Source: Rhynchopus sp. YZ270_cl-10 (lineage: Eukaryota). Taken from it: a DNA stretch of 64,000 nt. The stretch is taken from NCBI GenBank assembly GCA_964035575.1, contig OZ037837.1:868001-932000 (forward strand), in the 5' to 3' direction. Positions within the stretch are counted from its first letter, which is position 1, and each line of letters starts with the position of its first letter. Shown piece after piece: positions 11,669 to 23,971 of the stretch. A model generated the notes under the pieces. It had not been told where the DNA came from. It worked only from the letters and a program-made list of their open reading frames with translations, and ran no database searches. The position numbers were made by a program, and so were the translations under genes.

Positions 11669-13856
11669 GAGAAAAGTTCGATTTCGGCCTCGAAAATACC
11701 CGTGACACCGATTTGTCACGGTACTTTGTCACGGAATTTTTTTGAAAGATTCGATTTCGTGACAAAAAAAGTTCGATTTCGTGACAAGCTGATTTTTTCA
11801 TTGACACACAAAATTCAATTTAGTGACAAATGACTTTTTTCATTGACAAAAAAAAATTCGATTTCGTGACAAATCCATTTTTTCATTGACAAAAAAATGT
11901 CATAGAAAAAAAATGGATTTTGTCAAGGAAAAAGTCGTGACAGCCAACCCGCCAGTCACTGAAAAGTGACCAGACAGCCACTTGACAAACACAAAAGAGG
12001 CCATTCTTGAGCTGTCTAGAAACCGAAGGGCAGAGACTGAAGACACAAGGTATGATAACTTTATGATTATGCGAGACTTAGTATATCGCGAACACGGTCA
12101 GGCTTGCACGCCTCTGGCCAGAGGCCAGCCCCACTAAATGATATGCAGCAGACACTCATTGCAAATTTCATTTTCATTTGGTAAAAAATTAATGGGTGCG
12201 CAAGTTTCTATACCTAATACCCCAACCCTCACCCATACATTCCATTACACACACCAAAACAGATCGAATCCACCAGCGCATGCGACGAGAGTTCGGTTAT
12301 TATGGTGGTGGAAAGGGGGGTGGGAACACTTTGTCAGTCACTGCTATAGCCATTAACCAGGGAGCATAGCTAGTGCAAGAAATTCGACTTTGGAAACCTT
12401 CCGGAAAGTCTGTCCTCTGCTTCCGGAGGACTAGACACAAGAAAATATTGTTTGTTCCCCCAGAAAACCAGTGCACAATTCACACTCCTTGTGGGTGGTC
12501 TTGTTGCCTTTTCGTCATAGTAATTTTGGCCCAGGCATGTTCTTGAAGCATGACAATTTAGTGTGTATGGGGCAGGGTGTTGTTTTGTTCTGAATTCTCT
12601 TTGTTATAACATCTAAGTCAATCGCGGGTGGTGGTTTGTGTAGCGTGAGGCACTCTTTTTAACAAACTTCCTGCAGTTGCTATGCACTGTTATTTCTTCG
12701 GATTTATCATCATACAGCGTAACATAGTGGATTCGCCTGGTCGACACAACCTTTGATAGATATGGGATAACCAACCCCCTTCGACCCCTCGTGGGTTCAC
12801 TGAACAAGCCCTAGTGGTAGTTAAACGCGATTGACATTTACATTCCTAGAGATGAAAGAACAAGATAACACTTCTGTACCCGCGCATCAAAATTGTGGAA
12901 AACTTTGCACCCCAAACACCCTCAACAACGCCCGCCAAAAGGCGCCCCTTGTTGCTGGGAGTTGGTTCTCATGTTTGATACACTGCACAGCAGGCATTCC
13001 TCCTGAGTCCAACGCATGTTTGGCCTGTCTGCGGCGTTGTACTTAAGGTGCACGAAGACAGGGTGGTGGTAAATTTTGCGTAGTACTGCGACGTGGTACT
13101 ACGTGGGTCTGGGAACCTGGTACCTGGGTACAGGATATTTGTTGTAAAGACATCTTCCACCATGCATTGAGGAGGGTAAGACAGTGTTCGCAGTTTCTAC
13201 TTGATAGCATTACACATTTAACTTCTCCACGGGGGTCTTGGGCCGTTCATTCGGTTATACCTTGACTACCGGAAGATATTCTTGAGGCCTTTTTGGTCTC
13301 TAGAATATCCGGTCTTCCCGAACGGAGGCACACTTTGTGTGTTACTACGACCTGGCAATTTCCAGCAGTAGGTTAAGTAATCTTTCTTGTAAATTGTTGG
13401 ATCATTATCTCCTCAGTGCATGCATGCCCCACGTGACTGGACACTTTTGTGTTTGTCATGTGGAGCTGTGGTTGCTCTTTCACGACTTTTATCCTTGTGT
13501 CCAGTGTACCCAGTACCCAGTGCCCTGTCACGACTTTTTCCGTGACAAAAAGTTTGGTTTCCTTGAAAAAATCCATTTCTGTCACGACTTTTTCCTTGAC
13601 AAAAAGTCCCCCCGATTTTCGTGGTAAATGGGGAGGCGCTTCCGTTTAACGGCAACCCACAAGAGTAGAACAACAACCAAACTTTTGAGAAACAGACGCC
13701 AATGAGACCTAGAGTCTCTCTTCTTACTTGTGTGCTACAGACAAACATGACAACGCTAACCACGACTGCCACGGCAGAGCGGGGTCCCTAACGGTTCACT
13801 GGGGGGGATCCACATAGATAAAGAAAACAAAAAATACGAAAGCAAGGAAGAAAACC

Positions 13857-13890
<34 letters not shown>

Positions 13891-14153
13891 CGGTTTCCTT
13901 GACAAAATCCATTTTTTCATTGACATTTTTTTGTCACTGAATTTTTGGATTTGTCACGAAATCGAATTTTTTTTGTCAATGAAAAAATCGGTTTGTCACG
14001 AAATCGAATTTTGTGTGTCAATGAAAAAATTGGTTTGTCACGAAATCGATTTTTTTTTGTCACGAAATCGAATCTTTCAAAAAAATTCCGTGACAAAGTA
14101 CCGTGACAAATCGGTGTCACGGTAATTTTCGAGGCCGAAATCGAACTTTTCTC
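11669..14153. mobile_element. Non-autonomous Mutator-like element (MULE) with ~250-bp TIRs and 9-bp TSD
   Basis: GAGAAAAGTTCGATTTCGGCCTCGAAAAT ... reverse complement at the right end. CAAAAAAAG is duplicated at 11660-11668 and 14154-14162. The empty site GTATACAAAAAAAATATTATGAAAAAG is at ~7365. Confidence 0.92.
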
Positions 14154-14514
14154 CAAAAAAAGTATTATGAAAAAGCTCGTTCCATTCCCACTATCGTTTA
14201 CGCTACGATCTCACCACGTTTCCACTCCATTCGGTATTCTCTCTTACTTAGGACCCCACCCTCACCTTCCCTCACCCAAACCCCAAAGAAATGCTCTGTT
14301 GTTCACAACACCCAGCCAACCCTCTCAAATTCTCCCAATTGTTTCGTATGACTCATCCCAACAAACCCCACCTCACTCTGTCACCACCTCCCAAAAATAA
14401 TAAAGAAGCACACCTCAGCACAGTGCAGAGCAGCCGTTATGCAAGCTGACCACACAGTGCGAGGGGTGAAGATGCACAACAACAAATGCTGCAAAAGTGA
14501 ACACTTCTGGTTTC

Positions 14515-16482
14515 TCACTGGCGTAAGTGTTGTGGTAGCTGGCTGAGTACAGCATTGCAGCACTTGTCCATTCCATGCAAGGTCTTCAATGATGTGCACC
14601 TGTGGAGGAATTTCTGCCCAATGGCCGTGACAGATTGTAATCCACTCAAGTTAACTGTGGACAATGATGTGCACCTGGCGAGAAAGAAGTTCCCAATCGA
14701 GGTGACAGCTTGCAATCCACTCAAATCAACTGTTGACAATGATGTGCACTCGTAGAGGAACTGGAACCCAATCGAGGTGACACCTTGTAATCCACTCAAA
14801 TCAACCGTGGACAAGGATGTGCACCCTTGGAGAAAGAAGTTCCCAATCGAGGTGACAGCTTGCAATCCACTCAAGTCAACCGTCGACAATGATGTGCACC
14901 AGTAGAGGAACTGGTGCCCAATCGAGGTGACAGCGTGGAATCCACTTAGTTCAACTGTGGACAATGATGTGCACCCTTGGAGGAAGTGGTTCCCAATCGA
15001 GGTGACAGCTTGGAATCCACTCAAGTCAACCGTCGACAAGGATGTGCACCCCAAGAGGAACATGTCACCAATCGTGGTGACACCTTGCAATCCACTGAAG
15101 TCGACTTTGGTCAAAGCTGTGCACTCAAGAAGGACCTCTTTCCCAATCGCAGTCACAGCAGACGCACGACTGAGATCAATGCACGTCACATCAGTTTCCG
15201 AGAAGAAGTTGTCTGGAATCGCAGTCGCAACTTGTGCCTGCAGGAGCAAGCAAGCCACCTTCGGATCCATCACCTGCTTCAACCTTGCTTCTGTAAGTGT
15301 TGTCTCACCCAACGCACGAAGTGCTGCAATGGCATCCTGCTTCCTCCTCTGTGTGTTGACCTGCGTTACAACAACCCTGTGACCCCTCAGCTGCACCACG
15401 TCCTCTCCTTCTGCAATCACTTCATCTCTGAAAGTCATGTCGAAGCAGCCTTCACGCAACCCCACTGCAGACGCCACCTTCCGAAGCAAGTCCCTGCCCG
15501 TGTCATCCACACTCACCTCAATCTCGTGTTCCACTCCATCCAACCCCTGCACAAGTACAGGCACAACAGGCGCAGACATCTGGGTAAGGGCGTCGTGCAC
15601 GTTCGAAACAGGCAGATTCAGGGAAAAGGTTGCGTGTGGGTCTGCAGCACCCACAAGGCGGTGGCGGTCTCCACTCGCTGCCATGCTGTTGATGTTCCGC
15701 ACAACGGCCTGCGACTCTGTGACCACACGCAGCACCTGGTCGTTCCCAAGCCGGCACACCGCCTCGCACTCAGCAATCATGTGTCCTGCCTTCGCAACAA
15801 ACATCTTCAGCGCACACACCTCCCCTTCACGACTGAGTGCCTGTGTGAGGAAGCTCCGTGCCACATCCTCCTCACACACGACTTCGCTGCGCGACACATC
15901 CTCACGCATCACGAGGTGCCCGACGTGTGTCTGCAGGAGAAGGTCTTTGTACCTCTCCTCCGTGGGTGGGAGTGCCTCAAGCACATGGCACTTCTCCTCT
16001 GCAGCAGTCCGCTGTGTTGCCAGGTCTGCCACGTGTGAGCAGAGGGTGTCGCGCTGGCATTTCATGTAGTCCGTGATTTCAACTGTCTTGTGTCCCGCAT
16101 GTCCATAGTAAGCACAGCGCATGCAGATCAACGCGTCTCCACACGCAGGGTCTACACAGACGAGGCACAGCTCTTGGCCTGGGTGATGTGCACACTTCGA
16201 CGACGCCCCGTACGCAGTCACAGAAGCGCGATGTGCCTCACGGTCACGTGGCCTTGGGTGGCAAGCGTCATAGCACGCAGGTGTGTCGCAGAAGAACAGC
16301 TCCGTGCAGATCCCGCACTGCAGCTGTGCAGGCTTGTCACAGTTCTCACAGCACGGCATCTGTGGTGCGGTGGGCTGCGTGTCACACCCCATGTTGTGTG
16401 TTTCGGAGAGGTGGGAGGGTGCAGGGCCGTCCACCCGGGCCTTCTTTGTGGTGGGGGACTCACTCACGGAGGAACGCTTCAT
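14515..16482 (-). CDS. B-box/coiled-coil/Ubl/LRR protein, paralogue 2 (eight LRRs; start at ATG 16482 or 16392)
   Basis: Collinear and highly similar to 7727-9532, with one extra 25-aa repeat. Confidence 0.88.
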   Translation of the reverse strand: MKRSSVSESPTTKKARVDGPAPSHLSETHNMGCDTQPTAPQMPCCENCDKPAQLQCGICTELFFCDTPACYDACHPRPRDREAHRASVTAYGASSKCAHHPGQELCLVCVDPACGDALICMRCAYYGHAGHKTVEITDYMKCQRDTLCSHVADLATQRTAAEEKCHVLEALPPTEERYKDLLLQTHVGHLVMREDVSRSEVVCEEDVARSFLTQALSREGEVCALKMFVAKAGHMIAECEAVCRLGNDQVLRVVTESQAVVRNINSMAASGDRHRLVGAADPHATFSLNLPVSNVHDALTQMSAPVVPVLVQGLDGVEHEIEVSVDDTGRDLLRKVASAVGLREGCFDMTFRDEVIAEGEDVVQLRGHRVVVTQVNTQRRKQDAIAALRALGETTLTEARLKQVMDPKVACLLLQAQVATAIPDNFFSETDVTCIDLSRASAVTAIGKEVLLECTALTKVDFSGLQGVTTIGDMFLLGCTSLSTVDLSGFQAVTSIGNHFLQGCTSLSTVELSGFHAVTSIGHQFLYWCTSLSTVDLSGLQAVTSIGNFFLQGCTSLSTVDLSGLQGVTSIGFQFLYECTSLSTVDLSGLQAVTSIGNFFLARCTSLSTVNLSGLQSVTAIGQKFLHRCTSLKTLHGMDKCCNAVLSQLPQHLRQ

Positions 16483-18471
16483 TTTTTCTGTGTTTTCTGA
16501 GATCTGTGTGTGGATTGTGAGTGTAATATTATCTGTCATTGACACGTGGTCAATACCATTCATGTCAGCGACAAGTGAATTATTTGTCGTTTCCCTTGTC
16601 AAAGAAATGACAGGTGACATCACTTGCCGCCTACCGTTAGACCCTCTGAAGCATGCACAACCGCTGCTGCGATGCCTTCCCAAGACAAAGCAAAAAGCTC
16701 CCCTTACTAGTTGTGCGGAAATGTGTGAAGATGTGTCATCAGGAAAACAACACAAAACACAAAGCTTTGCAAGACGAACGCATGATAATCACCTGAAAAG
16801 GAGAGGGGGTGCCTCTTGGGGTGTGTGCTTTTTTATTTGAGATCGGTTTTCTGGTATCGACAATGGCCCACGAAAGAGGTGGGGCTTTTTTCTTTTTTTT
16901 GGGGGGTTGTTTTCTCCATCCACGACTGCCCAGGGAAAGGCACCATGGTTAATTGGGTACAGTGCTAGCTTCCTCAAAGAGACGTGTAGCGGGTGGTATG
17001 CAGTACTCAAAATGTATTTGGCATCCAACAAAAGTCCACAAAATTACCACAAAAATCCCGAAATCCGCCTTATTTGGACACAGGTATTTGGACCCTTTAC
17101 CTGAAAACAAAAAGAAGAGACAAAAAGAAGACGTCAATACAAACAGAAAAGCGGCACACGGTCTTCGTCTGCACACCCAGACCCACACAACGCTCCCTCT
17201 TACTTTTTTCCTTTACGTATTCACAGACCCGCATGAAGGTACAAGTAGGGACTTTCGCCCTCGTGCTCAGTCACCTTGATCACAATCGTTATCGCACAGC
17301 ATCATCACAAAAAGGGGGTGTATGTAGAAAGGCAAAGCTTTGCATTGATGCGACACAGCGACAGTATTGCTTAGACAACAACTGCTGCACAGTCAAAATA
17401 GTCTCTGTGCACAAAGGGGAGCAAGAAGTACAGCAGGAAAATAGTTCAGGTATGGGTAGTGACGCGAAGGGTTTTGGAGAGAAAAATATGTTTGGTTGGT
17501 TCTTCTTTGTTTTGCTCTGGGTTTATGTTTTGTGCTTTTTATTTTGAAAACTTGATTGTATGTATCGTAGACACCCGAGGATACACACCACTGTACCAAC
17601 CGCTATTAAGTAACACCTCATGAACACGGTGATCTCTCTGCCTTTTTTGTTTTCCTCAAAAAAAAAATGCATTTTTTTTTGTTTACAGTCAACGTTTTGG
17701 TCTTGTCGGACCTGAGAAAACGCGTGCATGTTGATCATACACACGCGTTATTGCACCCAACGATGAGGCTCATTGACACTCTTGTCTTTCCTTACTTCAA
17801 AACTCTCTAAAAAAGATGAAAAGTAGAGGGTTGATGAAGGAGAAGAACAGCAAAAAACGTTGTGTGAAAAAGTTTTTTTTCTGTCAAGTGCTTTTGTGCG
17901 TTAGCGGAGAAAGAAAACAGATTCCGATAAAAGGCTCTTGCGTCGATTTTCTCTTTCACAATGAACTCTCACATCGCGGGAAATGGGGGGACAAAAAAAG
18001 GGGGGAATAAGAATAAAAAACAAAAAAACGGGAGACGAGAAACATTAATAAGACAAAACTAAGCCTACTCTGCTTTGCCGCACATATCTTTTTCATTAAA
18101 GGACAGCCATACATGGGGCACAGACAGCACACCTTCCCCAGGGTGTGGCAGGGTCCTTCGCTGAAAGCGCGGACTCTGGCCTGACTTTTCTTTATCCCAG
18201 AACTCGACACGCACAAAGCTGGTAAGACAAGCTTAAGTCTCGCGTACTTCGTCACCAAAAAAAAATGAAAATTTGTAAGAACAGATTACTGATGATCCAC
18301 TAGGCTCTCTCCTCCCTCCCCCCCATGCCCATACCCCCCCTGGTATTACCCCCCCCACCACCATCAGTTGTATTTTTGCACAACGCTCCCTGCCCCCCCG
18401 CCCTTTACGTCTCTGCTTATCTCACCTTCTCAATAAATGCCCCCCACATCCCCCACACCCCAAAGCGAGAC

Positions 18472-18854
18472 CTAGCTGATAGGGCGCTTTATGTCGCCAT
18501 AGATATCAAAGCACCCCGCCACCATCGCGTCAGTGTAGCTGCTATTTCCTTTGCGGTCAAGCTCGAGGATGAACCCCGTATAACGTGTCTCTGAACGGCT
18601 CTTTTTGTAGCGGTGCAGCGCCGCACTCTCTGTGACACGTGTGCATGTCATCACGTTCCAGTGTCCCCATGCATTGTGCTCGTCGAATGTGCAGTCTGCG
18701 TCATGGTGTAGGAGCTCCTCCACTGTTCCGTTCTCGCAGACGCCCTTAAGCCTCCAGGAGCGGGGGAAGAACGCCTTCTTCTGCTTGGGGGTATGGAGAA
18801 AGGAGTAGCTCTCGGCACGCACGGTCACGCCGGGTGGGAAGTCGATACGGATAC
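18472..18854 (-). CDS. Exon 2 of the spliced B-box gene beginning at 23307 (C-terminal half of a beta-sandwich/discoidin-like domain)
   Basis: Polypyrimidine tract CCCCTCCTCTCTCCCCCTCAG precedes GTATCCGT. The phase matches the donor at 21677 and gives ..TRPGGIRIDFPPGVTVRAESYSF.., which parallels PGIFIRFPEGVSF in exon 1. Confidence 0.8.
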
Positions 18855-18898
18855 CTGAGGGGGAGAGAGGAGGGGTTTATGAAGATAGTGGTTAAAAT

Positions 18899-21379
18899 GG
18901 GGTGTCCCGGGCACGGCGTAATTCAGGTGTAATGGGGTGTAATGGGGCGTAATGGGGTGTAATGGAGTGTAATGGAGGGAATTTAAACTTTTTGCTTTTT
19001 TTGCGTTTTCCCCCCGTTTTTTCAACACGAAAAGTCCAAAAAAGGTGACAACAAAATTTTTTTTGGCGAGTGGAAAAAAAAAAATTGCCTTGCTGACCAT
19101 TGCCGAAGGAATTGTGCACTTTTGACCACCACAGATTACACGTTGTTTTACGATTTTTTCTATGCACTTATGCGTACAGTGCCACCGGTGTTAAATTTTT
19201 CCTGGCGTGGCTACATAACCGATTCCCCATGTTTCTACACAGTACACAGTACACAGTACACAGTACACAGTACACAGTACACAGTACACAGTACACAGTA
19301 CACAGTACACAGTACACAGTACACAGTACACAGTACACAGTACACAGTACACAGTACACAGTACACAGTACACAGTACACAGTACACAGTACACAGTACA
19401 CAGTACACAGTACACAGTACACAGTACACAGTACACAGTACACAGTACACAGTACACAGTACACAGTACACAGTACACAGTACACAGTACACAGTACACA
19501 GTACACAGTACACAGTACACAGTACACAGTACACAGTACACAGTACACAGTACACAGTACACAGTACACAGTACACAGTACACAGTACACAGTACACAGT
19601 ACACAGTACACAGTACACAGTACACAGTACACAGTACACAGTACACAGTACACAGTACACAGTACACAGTACACAGTACACAGTACACAGTACACAGTAC
19701 ACAGTACACAGTACACAGTACACAGTACACAGTACACAGTACACAGTACACAGTACACAGTACACAGTACACAGTACACAGTACACAGTACACAGTACAC
19801 AGTACACAGTACACAGTACACAGTACACAGTACACAGTACACAGTACACAGTACACAGTACACAGTACACAGTACACAGTACACAGTACACAGTACACAG
19901 TACACAGTACACAGTACACAGTACACAGTACACAGTACACAGTACACAGTACACAGTACACAGTACACAGTACACAGTACACAGTACACAGTACACAGTA
20001 CACAGTACACAGTACACAGTACACAGTACACAGTACACAGTACACAGTACACAGTACACAGTACACAGTACACAGTACACAGTACACAGTACACAGTACA
20101 CAGTACACAGTACACAGTACACAGTACACAGTACACAGTACACAGTACACAGTACACAGTACACAGTACACAGTACACAGTACACAGTACACAGTACACA
20201 GTACACAGTACACAGTACACAGTACACAGTACACAGTACACAGTACACAGTACACAGTACACAGTACACAGTACACAGTACACAGTACACAGTACACAGT
20301 ACACAGTACACAGTACACAGTACACAGTACACAGTACACAGTACACAGTACACAGTACACAGTACACAGTACACAGTACACAGTACACAGTACACAGTAC
20401 ACAGTACACAGTACACAGTACACAGTACACAGTACACAGTACACAGTACACAGTACACAGTACACAGTACACAGTACACAGTACACAGTACACAGTACAC
20501 AGTACACAGTACACAGTACACAGTACACAGTACACAGTACACAGTACACAGTACACAGTACACAGTACACAGTACACAGTACACAGTACACAGTACACAG
20601 TACACAGTACACAGTACACAGTACACAGTACACAGTACACAGTACACAGTACACAGTACACAGTACACAGTACACAGTACACAGTACACAGTACACAGTA
20701 CACAGTACACAGTACACAGTACACAGTACACAGTACACAGTACACAGTACACAGTACACAGTACACAGTACACAGTACACAGTACACAGTACACAGTACA
20801 CAGTACACAGTACACAGTACACAGTACACAGTACACAGTACACAGTACACAGTACACAGTACACAGTACACAGTACACAGTACACAGTACACAGTACACA
20901 GTACACAGTACACAGTACACAGTACCCAGTACACAGTACACAGTACACAGTACACAGTACACAGTACACAGTACACAGTACACAGCACTGTACAAGGCAA
21001 AAATGACCAAAACAGCTGATGTTTTGGCCGAATGCCACCCTATCAGGAATATTTTCATGTATTCACACAAATTTTTTCTGGCCTCAATACCCCCAAACTA
21101 CACGATTTTCGGTTCCGGCAAATTTTTGGAGCACCAAATATCGCGAAAAATTTCAATTTTTTTGGTGTCGTCCGCACATCCCTTTAGTGAAGACCAAAAC
21201 ACCAAGGCGTTGTAATTCATGTGTAATGGGGTGTAATGGGGCGTAATGGGGTGAAAGTGGGTGAAAGTGGGTGTAATGGGGTGTAATGGGGTGAAAGTGG
21301 GTGTAATTCGGTGAAATGGGGTGAAATGGGGTGAAAGTGTGCGTAAGTGGGTGTTAGTGTGGTACCGCCGGGACACCCC
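18899..21379. mobile_element. Intronic non-autonomous TIR element with AT TSD (ISL2EU-like) carrying a satellite
   Basis: AT-GGGGTGTCCCGG ... CCGGGACACCCC-AT, with subterminal (GTGTAATGGG)n repeats at both ends. Confidence 0.72.
19236..20985. repeat. (TACACAG)n 7-mer satellite, ~250 units
   Basis: Essentially perfect array; one variant unit seen at 20926. Confidence 0.99.
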
Positions 21380-21677
21380 ATAAAAAAAACAATAAATTTT
21401 GTTCTCTTTGCATTTAGCTTTTGTTTTGTTTTAGCGATACCCGAGGGGGAAAAAGGGTGGAGGTACGGGAGTTCCTAAGATGCGTCCAAGGATAGTGTTA
21501 GAGGTGGGTGTTGGCTGAATATGAGAGGGTACGTATCAGATAAGTGTATTATTGAGTTTAAGAGAAAAATGCAAGCTTTCCGCTCAATGCCACAGAGCTA
21601 CATGAGTAAGGTAAGGAGGTTTCGCACTATTGTCACGCTTTTTGGAAGGGAGAAAAAAAGGGAAAAAAAACCCATAC

Positions 21678-23307
21678 CACCCGGCCTCGTATAGAAGACA
21701 TGCTCGTGGTTCACATAGGGGCTGACGAACTCGGCTGGGTCCCCTACCATTTTCGATCCAGGTCTTGTTATGACACGTACCTGCTTCGCTCTGACGGGGC
21801 AGACAAATTGTCCAGAACGGCCGTCGCCTTGCACCTGCGTGATCACCCCGTGGTTGCGCTCATGCGAGAGCACGCTGTCAAATGGACATTCAATCGTCTC
21901 GAACGTCTGCGCCATCGTCCCCGGCACCACGCTCACTGCCTTCGCGCCATACCCATACAATTCAGTCACCGCCATCGTTGCCTCACCCTTCCCTACATTA
22001 TGCCCCAGAAGCGTGATCCGCACGCCATCCACATAAGCTCCACCGCCCTTCACGCGGTACACCGTACGTCTTTCGTTTTCTATCGCTTCATCACGTTGCA
22101 ACACCTGAATGGTTTCTTTGCCTTTCATCTCTACAGTGACGGTCAGCGGACCAACAAAATCTCCTATAAATTGCAACGCAATCTGCATCAAGCAAAATGA
22201 CACCCCTTCCGGAAAACGGATGAAAATCCCAGGAGAGACATGGGTTTTCTGCAAAGACAACGATTCTGTCGCAAAACGGCTGTTGATGGCGGTGCAGAAC
22301 CCCCCTTCTTGAGACGGAACAAACGAGGCTGAGACCTGCGAAGTTCCTTCTAAATGGACCTGATGTGACGGCCCTGCCCAACGCATGAAGCCGTTATGAT
22401 CCCCGAGGTGGTGAAATTCAAAGAACCTGACAGTTTCGTTTTCCCGTAGCGGCGGCGGTGGTGGTAAGGGTGGGGCGGTGTCCACATGCTCCTCGCTTTT
22501 ACCCCCTGGGGTGGCTGTGTCCTCGGGTTCCTCGCCGTACCACTCCCGCTCTGTGTCAGTGGAAGCATCCTCTGGCCATTCATCGTGCTTGGCTGAAGTT
22601 GTCTGGCTGTCATCCGGCCACTCATCGTTCTCTTGCGGAGGCTCTGCTTGCGGTTTTGTTGGTGTGTCATCCCACCAGTCCCCTTGGTCTTCTGCTTCCA
22701 GTGTTTTTTCAGGTAATCCGATAGGGGATACAGTGTCCAGCCACTCCTCGGAGGTCGACGTGAGGTCGGCGGCATCCTTCTCGTGAGGAGTGGATGCAGA
22801 AGTAGGAGGGTTGGTGGCGGGCACATCGTGGGCTGGAGGGCGGTCCGTGATGTGCGCGGTACTGTGCTGTGCTGTGGGGGGGAGGTGTGAGAAGGGAGGG
22901 CTGTGTGTATGTGGTGTGCTTGCGGGCAAGGCGGTGGGAGGAATGTCTGTCGTGGTTGCACAGAGTGGAGTCACAGAAGCACGATGTGTCTCACGGTCAT
23001 GTGGCCTTGTGTGGCAAGCGTCATAGCACGCAGGTGTGTCGCAGAAGAACAGCTCCGTGCAGACCCCGCACTGCAGCTGTGCAGGCACGCCACAGTTCTC
23101 ACAGTTCGGCATCTGTGGTGCGGTGGGCTGCGGATTACGAGGAGAGGATGCTGGCTGGCTGCATTCAACCTGTGCTGCGTGGCGTGCTGCTTGCACCGGG
23201 GACGAGGAGAAGCACGACGTTGACGGCGTGGACGCAGTAGAGGCTTGCGCACGCTCCTGCTTACGTTTCTCGATGGCCTTCAGGATGTTCGCAAATTGCG
23301 AAGGCAT
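21678..23307 (-). CDS. Exon 1 of a ~670-aa protein: B-box + acidic low-complexity linker + probable tandem discoidin/galactose-binding-like domains
   Basis: The long ORF shares the B-box with the LRR genes. A donor G|GTATGG at 21678/21677 is followed by T-rich sequence. The domain call is inference. Confidence 0.78.
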
Positions 23308-23971
23308 ACGTGGACCATGGGCCTGTATGGTGCAAGGTGGTTAAGGGGGAGGGGGGTTTCAAACGATGAAAAAATTGCAAAGGGAACGGGGGGGAAGTTT
23401 CACATCAAGGAGGAAGGGCAACGCACCATTGTACCCTGGTCTGTGCCAGGGGGGAAACAGAATACAAACAACCCAATAAACTTGGCGTCCAAAATAAGTT
23501 TGGAGGAGGGATTTTTGGGGTAATTTGGCAACTTTTTTTTTACGCCAAGTTTCTTGGAGCACTGTATGAGAACAAGAAACGTTGAAAGTGCAGGAAAACG
23601 TTTTTATAAATGGAGAGCACAGGACCGTATTCCGTAAAACAGGCAATTTTTTAAAGGTGCAATGACCGAGACACTGTGGTCAGCATGAGTCCTGCTGTAT
23701 GGATGTACAATATGCAGAGTGCGCGACTAATGTGAACGATTTATACAGCAAAGGTGAAGATTGGTACAATGTATCGCACACAAGAGGCAGGCTACGCACT
23801 ACTAATTGAAAAAAAAAACTTGACTTGAAATACAACAGCGCAAAAAAAGGGGAACAAATGTGAACAGTGAGGACCTCTCACAATCAAAATTGCGAATGAA
23901 CAGTACCGCCGCCGTGGGCAAGGTGTACTCTTCATAGTGCGAAAGCCTCTGGGACAGCACTGGAAAAAAAT

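Noticed and set aside
19100..21215. 600-700-aa ORFs (YTVHSTQ / CVLCTVY repeats)
   Set aside because: Artefacts of a stop-free 7-mer satellite that is open in every frame.
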